A stretch of DNA of 64,000 nt from Trichinella spiralis (taxonomy: Eukaryota): positions 1,900,848 to 1,964,847 of the forward strand of contig NW_003526944.1 in NCBI RefSeq assembly GCF_000181795.1. The letters run 5' to 3'. The notes under the pieces are model-generated. The model saw only the letters and a program-made list of their open reading frames with translations. It ran no database searches and had not been told where the DNA came from. Of this stretch, positions 54,719 to 64,000 are shown piece by piece. The position numbers and the translations under genes are program-made. The stretch's first letter is position 1; each line of letters starts with the position of its first letter.

Positions 54719-57184
54719 TCAATTATGAACGCCCTCCAGACGGTAATCATCCGATAGAATTGAAATATCACCAGGACCTGGAAAAGAAAAATAATCAATA
54801 CCATGTGACATAATGAGTGTAAATTGCATTAAAAAGAAAATTAATAATGATTTATTAAACTTCAAATTAACCAAATAACCAAATAACTTACATTTTTTAA
54901 ATGTAAACCGTACTTCAATATCACGTTCTATTAGCACACGTGGATTGCATCTGTCATATATCGCTTTCACTTTCACCGCATACTGGTTGTTCCCTCGTCT
55001 AAAAGTCACCCTATTTCCGAACGTATCCTGAAAATTCACTGAACGTCAATGAGTGGAAACGAAACAAAAATTACTCACATTTGACAGCATCCTTCCTTCT
55101 GTTAAGTCCCATATCTGCAATGTGACAACAATATTTTGTGTATCCCATCGTAACACTTGAAACAGAACGTCATCACACTTGAGTAACGACAACAATTTCC
55201 AGTAACGCCGGAGCGGTTTGCTACTGGCATATTCCCACATCACAGGCGATTCTAAAATATTTAAATAAAATAAAATAAATTGTTTCAAATGAAAAACAAA
55301 CTTCATAAAAAACCAAATAGACCACAGTGCAAGTACGAGATTATTTGAAAAATATAATTGGTAACTATTTACCCAAAATGACAAACGTTTGCCTTGTATA
55401 AGCTACAATTGAACTGTGAAAAGCGTTCAAACGACCTTCGCAAAGCATTTCAAATTCACAGATGCCGTAATTATGTCGAATCTCCTCCAGTGAAATTGTT
55501 GGATTCAATGCAGATACCGCAAAAAAACCAATAAAAGAATCATCCGTATATAAGTAGCATGTCACCAGTTCAACGGAATTTATTTCAAAATAGAGCGTTC
55601 CACCAACCGGAAGTTCAACAAATTCAAAATATCGTAGCAGTCGCTTTTTCTCATTTATCTCATCCACAAGATAAATTTGAAAAGGAACTAAAATACAATA
55701 CAAAAAAAATTAATCTGTTTCCTCTAAATATGCAAAAAGAAATAAATAAATAAATAAATATAAATATCTTCTTAATTAAATTAGACATTTATATTTGTCA
55801 AAAATTAGATTCGATTCGATTCGATTCGATTCGATTAGAAAAACATATAATGACAATTAACTTGCAAAATGTGCTGAGCAAGAATTTACTAAAAATCTTT
55901 AAATACGGTTGTTGAAATTCGTGACGTGATGCAATTAAATAAAATTTTTATTTAAAATACATTTCGTCAAAGGCTACTTACTTCCAGGTGCAATGTTAGC
56001 ATCTGAAAAAATCAGCACCGACGGAATTTCAACGATATCTTTAGATAATATGTCGCAGTGAGATGTCCGGTGGAAATCACCATCCTCATAATAATCAACT
56101 GGTTGTACATCTTCATAAAAATGAGTATCGGCGCATTCTGTCAAAGAATTACACGGAGCAGATTCAAATTGTCTGAAGCGAATAAAATTCTTGTAGGTAA
56201 ACATAAGTTTGCTACTGTTGGTCGCGTCACAAGACACGCAAGATCCATTTGAGTCATCTGCTTTTAAAAATATGAAGAAATAATAAATCAAACATGAGAA
56301 AAAAATGAGAGATCAGATTAAAAAATAAAGGAAAAAAATTATTACAATTGTTACAGAACAATAAATGCATAAGTGAAATTGTATTAGTCGTCAAGTGATC
56401 GAAGTGAAAAAAAATTTTATATCTAAATAAAATTGCTGTGGCCCACATTTTCGCAACTCATTTTAATTGGAATGAAAATAACATTGAAAAAAAGTTAAAC
56501 AGAAATATGATCGCTTAATTTGAAAACAACAACTGAAATTTTTAACGTCAGAAATACAAAAAAAAAGAAAAAATAAATACCTAGATAATACGAAAATGCC
56601 ATATAATGAATATATTCACTTCTACAAAAGATAGGTTTTCCACCGCTCGGTTCAATCTTGCAATAAGTATCATTTCCCCTTACTTCACAATATTCAGGGC
56701 AAGGGAAAGTGTAAGCAGAAAAAGCATGGTGGTACATGCAACTTCCCCAATCAAGATCATTATAACAAATAATAGTAAATGTTTTGCCCTCGGTTGGGAG
56801 ATTCGAATAACGAAATAACTCCATGTATTCGTCTTCAAGTTCAAATTTGAAATACGGATATCGATACCTGATTGCTAAAAAAATCAAACTTTATAATAAG
56901 TAGCAATTAATAAAACAATACAAATTTTTAAATGATGTTCAGTTCAAATTCAACGCACAAATGGAAAATTTTTCATTTTCATTCATCTTTATCAATGACA
57001 ACTAGAAATATCACAATGCGGTATATTTGAAAAGGGAACCGCTTCAGCAATTCAAATTTATAATATTCAAATTGGAGATGTTAATTCTATTGATTGCATA
57101 AAAAACTACAATGCGATGACACTTACCGAATTCGCAACGCAAGTTAGCCAAGAAAAACACAAGAAACGCGGGCAAGAGGTTCAT
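54719..57184 (-). CDS. Uncharacterised secreted protein, 437 aa, no family recognised
   Basis: Seven exons with canonical GT-AG sites and fully consistent phases: 57184-57127 (signal peptide MNLLPAFLVFFLANLRCEF), 56874-56581, 56260-55982, 55687-55373, 55251-55079, 55027-54892, 54777-54719. Total 1314 nt. Confidence 0.72.
55808..55836. repeat. (GATTC)n pentanucleotide repeat, intronic
   Basis: About 5-6 tandem GATTC units. Confidence 0.8.
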
Positions 57185-58552
57185 GACGCCAACTATCGTA
57201 TGAACAACGCCGAACAGTGAAGAAAACAATTTATACATTTGCAATTTAACAACAAAAGTTTAAACTTCAAAATGCAACAAAATCAACTTTAAAAATTAAT
57301 GCTTAACTTACTTTAAATGCTAATGAAATAAATACAACCTAACCTAAATTTTACTTTTGCATGTGTTAATAAATGATACATAAATTGTATTAGTTTTTGA
57401 AAGTTCTTAAAATCAAACAAATAAAATAGCCGCAATATTTTCTACTGTTCAAGAAAAAAAATGTTTAGGTACTAATAATTGAAATGTTCTTTTTCACATT
57501 TTCTTCCACTTTTTATATATAGAATGCAAATTACATACAGTTGAAGATGAAGATTTAAATAAATAAATAAATATATATATATATATATGTGTGTGTGCAT
57601 ATTTTTTTCTTTATAAAATAAATATCATACAGAAGAATGTTCAAATTTACCGAATATACATGTTCTGCAGAATATATCGGTTAAAATTATTTTAAAAAAA
57701 TTACAACGATAATTATTTATACATTTAATAACAGTACAATTGTCAAATTGATGGATGAAAATATGTAGCAAGTGAAAATTGAAAAAAAAGAAACATTACA
57801 GTAAAAAAAATATGCAAATTAAAATTTAGTTGCGTATACTGTTGTTGTTGTTGTTGTTATAATAATTATTATTATTTATCGCTCGACCAGAGCATCTCCA
57901 CCCACAAAATTTGCACTCAACTGACAAGAAGATGCTTGCTCTGTTGGCTGGTTTATATATGAATATATTATTAGAAAGAAAACAAGTCTGTTTTTAGCAT
58001 AAAAGAAAGAAAGAATAGAAAACAACAAACAGCACACATGCTCAACTGCCAGCCAGCCAGCCAGCCAGCATAAAGCAGTTGGTTAAAATGACGAAGAAGT
58101 CTGAGAGAGAAACCAGCTGCAGAAAATTGCAATAGCAACAGCATAACTAATAAAGAAGCATCAACAGCATCCTCCTCAACGTTACGTTAACGACGACGAC
58201 GACTACTACTACTACTACTACTACTCACTAGTAGTAGTAATATTAAATAGCAGAAAGAGTAGGAGTAGCAAAGGAACAGCAGCAACAACGTCAGTATTAA
58301 AAGTAGCTGCTGCAGTATCAACAACAAGCAACATCAAGCAAGTTTAAAGCAAGCAACGCAGAAAAATCTACCAGTGTGCTGGCTAATAATTTAGTAGGAA
58401 AAGAGGTGTGAAGAAAGAGACGAGAAATCAAAATGATCTCGTCTTGTTCACGTCCATCTCGTGAACATTAAGCTTTCGATAAGCTGCAGAAAAATAATCA
58501 AATCGAATAATTTATTTAAAATTTACCCTTCTTGGTGAAAATTCGAATATTT

Positions 58553-61500
58553 ATGGCTGACGAAACGGTAACAGTTCGAATGAGCCGCAGTGATCCGTCC
58601 ATAATTTGGGGATTTCGTTTACAAGGTGGACTTGATTTCAACGAACCGCTCACAATAAGCAAGGTAAGATTTGAAAAATAATAAAATCCCATCTTGAAAC
58701 GACAACATTGACTTTCCATTCCATTACCGCAGGTAGTTGCCGGTAGTCTTGCCGAACGAGCTGGTCTGATCGAAGGTGACCACGTCGTCCGCATAGCTGG
58801 TCATCATGCCGATTCCATGCAACACAAAGACGCACAAGATGCAATCATCTCGTCCAACAACGATGTTGAAATTGTCGTCGAAAGGTATGGAAATTAACAT
58901 TTCCTTTCTGCAAAAATTGAACTTTTGAAACATTTCAAATAATAATCTTTTTTCAACTATTATTATTAAATGAATCGAAATGAAATAAAACAAATCTCAA
59001 TTTTCATCCGTGATCTTAACCGAATTTGCTATGTATGCAATGACAACTTTCTATGTTAATAAATTGGATACTTTACAATTTCAAACGCTATCATCTCTTA
59101 TCGGCCACAAAAGCATCAATTTTACATGCACAATATTTTCATCATCTTTTTACTTAATCACTCACTGTTCATTCGCATCCAACACAAATGTATTAGAAGC
59201 TTTGGAAAACGAAAAAAAAATAAAAAATTTTAATGACAACCTATTCATAGTAATAGTAATGTTGATTTATTTTAAATTGATCAGTATTTTCTTTTCTCCA
59301 CCAACTTTCCCATCACATGTGCAGAAAGTTGTCAGCTGTAGAAGTGGAAGATGTTGCATTTGATGACGAAGAATCAGTAAAATTGTTCAGCTTAAAAAGT
59401 GAAATCTTGACAATTTAAAAAAATTCCCATTCTATATGAAAATTATTGACTTGCCTGCTTGTTTATTTTGTCGAGTGCGTCATTCAAGTTCATCATTCGG
59501 TTATTTTATTTAATCACATTCATCAGCTGCAAATATTTTAATAAATAACAATCGTAATAATTGCCAACAACAACAACAACAACAGCAGCATGGATCAGTA
59601 TGAAAATGGAAAACAATTTTCAAATTAATACTAATAAAATTTCAACGTAGAATGACACCGGATAGTGAAGAAGTGAGAAGAATTTTGAAATTTTATTTCA
59701 GTTTACTCTTGACATGCTTATCTAGTGGAGGAAATCTATTTTAAGCTATCACACCGAGAAAAAGTAAACATCAATGGAAATTCTTTCTCGAGCTTGATAC
59801 AAAATAAAAAAAAGCAATTTTCAAGTAAAATGTTGTTCACAAAATTTCGATTACTAAGATTGAAAAGAAATTTTTTTCCAAACAAATTGTAATAAACAAG
59901 TGTTTCTGTGTGCAATATTAGTAATAATAATGATAATTCGAAAATTTTCTAGACGAGGTTGCAGAGTGTGGAAACCAGCCGTCATGCCAACAGACGACAA
60001 ATTTACTCCGGTGAAATATTCACTTGCTCATGACAACAGAAAAGTGCACGTGAGTTCTGTTCCATATACATATATATATATATATATATATATTGTTTTG
60101 TATATTCATATCAGTTTTTATCAAAATGATGAAATTTTTTTGCAGGATTCATATTTTCCGGATAATAATCAGCAACAACAGAAACCACCACCACCACCAC
60201 CACCACCGTCAATTTCCCACATTGAAAAGTTCAACAAAATATCCAACCAGTACAGTACAGATTCGTCACCAGGCACATATTCAAAGCACAGAACAGCGGA
60301 CTCTTATCTGCACGAAACGGGAGGACTTTTTGGCACAGAGTAATTTGAAAAAAATATAATTTTTTCTTCTCGAAAATGTTCCATTTCAAATTTTTAAATA
60401 TTGATGATAAGTTTTTTTTTGCATATTGCAGTGCAAATTTGCAGAAACAAAATCAACAACAGCCTTCGTTCATTCATTCAGAAACGTTGCGTCTAATTCG
60501 CGAAGATGAAGCGAAAAATCGACAGACCCCGTCAAATTATACTGATAGCAGAGGTGAACCTTACACGTACAGTAAATCAATACACCAGTCAGCCACTTTC
60601 AGGCGACTAATGGCCGCTATGCGAAGTAAATGTGAAAATTTTAAAATTGAAATTAAAACTAATCTTCAACTGCCCTTCTCTTTCATTTTCCTTTTCAATT
60701 TTTCCTGCTCTCTCTCTCTCTCTTTTAATCTCGGTATACAATTTTCAATTCAAGCGACATTCGGTATTCAATTACTATATTCAAAGTACACAATATATAT
60801 CCTGAAAAATTCGATTACACAAATGGCCTGAGGATGGATCCATCACAGTTTCATTTTATCTCGCATACGGTGACCTGGTGCTGACTGGTTTGCTTGATAG
60901 CATGATGTTGTATTTGTTGATTGCAATGCATGGACAAAATATATGAACAGAATAGAATAGAATATAGTAGACAACATTAACGAACAATGCAAATAAATAT
61001 TAAACGTATAAATAGAAAAACTCACTAATAAACCGTTTGCACATGTTCAATAATTGTGATTTAATAAGACAATCCTGAATAATATCTTTTAACTTTGCAT
61101 GAACAATTTTTTCAGTATGACATAACTTTTGTTTTTTATCATTAAAACGTTTGAAAAATACTAAATAAATAAATAAATAATCCAACTGCAATAGAATATA
61201 AAACATAGCAATTTTATATTTCAGCTGAATCAGTGAGAGATACACCGCGCGGAATTCAAGAAAGACCTACACCTGCACGACCAACTGGAGCTCCAGTATG
61301 CGACACTTGCGGACGACAAATCCTGTAAGCTATCATTAATCTTATGGAAAAGTTATGGTGGATTTTTTTGTGTCTACTGAAATTGAAATTTCTCTCTCAC
61401 TTTATTACGCTACAGTATTTCTAATCAAACGAGTTGAACAAGAACAATTCTCCTGTTTAGTGGTGTATTCTGCAAAGCAGGCGACAAGTGCTTTCATGGA

Positions 61501-63623
61501 GAATGTTACAAATGTTCAACCTGTGGCACGTCTCTGAAAAACACAGGTTAAATGCCCAATGCTTGACCCATATGGGTTTTGAAAAAAGTTTCCCATTTGA
61601 AGGCTATTTCATGGTCAACGACAAGCTGTATTGTAATATCCACGCCCGGCAACAGCAGCAGAACTTGTTCCAAGCGACAGCACCGCAGGATCCTTCAATT
61701 TTCAGGTGACTATTTCCTTGATGGAAATTTCTATTTTTGACATTTGATGACATTTTACAGCTATCGTGGTGCCCCACCGCAACCGTCGCCGAAACATTCA
61801 GATCCACCGAAAGCGTTGTAAAAAATCAAATCAAATCAAATCAAATATCTTAAATTTTAATATGGGTTCTTTATTTTAAAGCTATCAGCCAGATGTGCTA
61901 AAGCCGTCATTGTCGCCAATTGCCCAAGTTCACAGTGCACCGTTGAGTCCGTCGTCGCGTGGTATTCCAACGCATTCTGTCAGCAAAATGCCCGGCAATT
62001 ACATACGTCAGTTTAAACAAGAAATGGAATCGACAAACCAATGGTCAACGGCCGTTCCAGAAGCACCATTTTCACCAGAACGAGGCGGCTATCCGTACCA
62101 GCACGAAATGCATACAGCCGGTGAGTGGGAAAGAGAATAGTACTTGATTTTTTTTTCAAACTCTTTCAGCGAAGAAACAAAAAGTGGAAGGAAAATTTGT
62201 TATTTTCTTTTTTTTGTTCTTCGTCTATTCGAACAATTTTCCCCAAAATAATGTCAAACATAACAATATTAATAATTAATAAATAAATAAGGAATAGCAG
62301 CCGATTCAAATTGTACAGACAAAACCGATACAGTGGATCAACAACTACCGACGATCACAGACACAACAGATTCCCACTCGGATTCGGATACACTGTTGGA
62401 CGACAACAACAAAGATGCTGAATGGGGTTTGGATGAAAAATGCCTTTCACAAAGCGACGCGTCAGTTTCTTTGCTGGGCAAAGAAGTCCACGATGCGATA
62501 GCCGGAAAAAATGCGACCTCGGACCACCTGAAACCGGCGCCACGGCGCCAGAAAAGCACAACCGATTACAGTAATCCTTTTGCACAAATCGACAATCAAG
62601 TAGTAACAGCCAGCGACATCGTCTGCGCCCATTTGACTCTTTACCAGCGAGGAGGTAAAAATTGGGTAAATTGCCAACAACTGCAAATTTCTTTCGGTGA
62701 TGGTCGACTTCGGTTCAGTTATTGTAAAAGAAAAAAGTTACAACTTCCCCCTGTTTCTCCAAACAATCAATTTCATTACACTTTCGTGCATGTTTTGCTT
62801 TCGGTTTCCATATTTAAATTTTCCAACATGATTTTATGAATTGATGAATATGAAAGAAAACAAAAAAAATTTTTTTTTCTTTTCAAATAACAGGAAGTAG
62901 AACAGTTGGTGCTTATGTGCCGAGAAGAGGGCGTGGTGTGTTGAAGCAAATTGGAGAAAGTCTACGCATCCCGGTCTGCGAAGCATGCCACCGTGAAATA
63001 AGGTATTACTTGTGTGTGTGTGTTGCTGTTGAGGTGAAAAGTGAAAAGTCGTCTTTTTCAAGAGGTCCATTTGTGCTGGCGCTTGGAAAATCCTGGTGTC
63101 CGGATCATTTTGTGTGCTCGCATCCCGAGTGTCGCCGTAAACTGCTCGACGTTGGCTTTGTCGAAGAGGGCGGCTTCATCTATTGTGAATTTTGCTTTGA
63201 ACGTTACTTAGCTCCAAGCTGTTTCAAATGCAATCGATCAATTGTGGGGGTAAAGTTGTTCGACTGATTAATTAATTACTCGTGTTGTTTTTGAAAATTT
63301 GAAATTTGAAAACAATTCTAGGATTGCCTGACGGCATTGGACCGAAAATGGCATCCGGAATGTTTCTGCTGCGCTCATTGTCATAAACCGTTTGGCAATT
63401 CTTGCTTTTTTCTCGAAGATGGAAAACCATACTGTGAACAAGGTAACAAACGATTGCAAAAAAATGTATTATTCGATTATTTCTATTTTTCCTGTATTTT
63501 CTGACAGATTGGAATACACTTTTCACAACTAAATGCTGCGCATGCCAATTTCCTATTGAAGCTGGCGATCGATGGGTTGAAGCCTTGGGCAATGCGTACC
63601 ATTCGAATTGCTTCACTTGCACG
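58553..63623 (+). CDS. alp-1: PDZ-ZM-LIM protein of the ALP/Enigma (Zasp/LDB3) family; 3' end lies beyond the window
   Basis: PDZ exons 58553-58663 ([19 protein letters not shown]) and 58733-58884. ZM-like [11 protein letters not shown] and QSATFRRL at ~60432-60626. LIM1 (CDTCGRQI...[12 protein letters not shown]...LYCNIHA) at ~61290-61645. LIM2-4 ([12 protein letters not shown]...[33 protein letters not shown]) at 62894-63623. Confidence 0.9.
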
Positions 63624-64000
63624 GTAAGTGGATACTTTACAATTTTCCCCACACACGCACACAGAACGAGTGAAAATCTACATTGCGAAATAAAACACGC
63701 GCCTCTACACGAGCTGAGCATCACGAAACGAGTGCAAAAATTGTTAAGTAAACATGTAAATCACACAAAAGAACGGGACGAACATTCGGTGAATAACTTC
63801 GAATAATAAAAGCAAACCATTTTCTATGTCGGCTTTAATGGATATTGGCAAAAGCAAGCGGAGCATATTTAAGCAAGTTTCGTAAATGTAAAAATTTTGA
63901 AACAAAGAAAACAAACCTTCTTCAATTAACATGATGAAACATGCTATAATAGTCGATCATCGTAGGGAATTTAAAAAAAATTATCCAACCAAAGAATGAA

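Overview
This is AT-rich, microsatellite-rich eukaryotic DNA with short GT-AG introns, TTTCAG/TTTTAG acceptors and two 10-N scaffold gaps. That fits a nematode genome; a clade I (Trichinella-like) origin is my inference. I assembled these intron-containing genes by hand: a FAM43-like PTB protein (-), adenylyl cyclase-associated protein CAP (-), an ELMOD protein (-), a secreted multi-CBM14 peritrophin-A/mucin (+), Ran (-) head-to-head with the ribonucleotide reductase small subunit (+), FNDC3 (-) with about 13 kb of non-coding upstream sequence, an orphan 437-aa secreted protein built from ~100-aa phase-1 modules (-), and an ALP/Enigma/Zasp PDZ-LIM gene (+) that runs off the window. The first 7 kb hold no recognisable gene. 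They contain a tandem array of consensus 5' splice donors, a chain of closed-frame exon-like units and a ~2.1-kb duplication with patchy divergence. A 596-bp Tc1/mariner-pogo-like MITE lies in a CAP intron. No rRNA, tRNA or CRISPR was recognised. The most novel candidates are the modular orphan secreted gene with an apparently decaying 3' end, the MITE, and the splice-donor array and duplication region.
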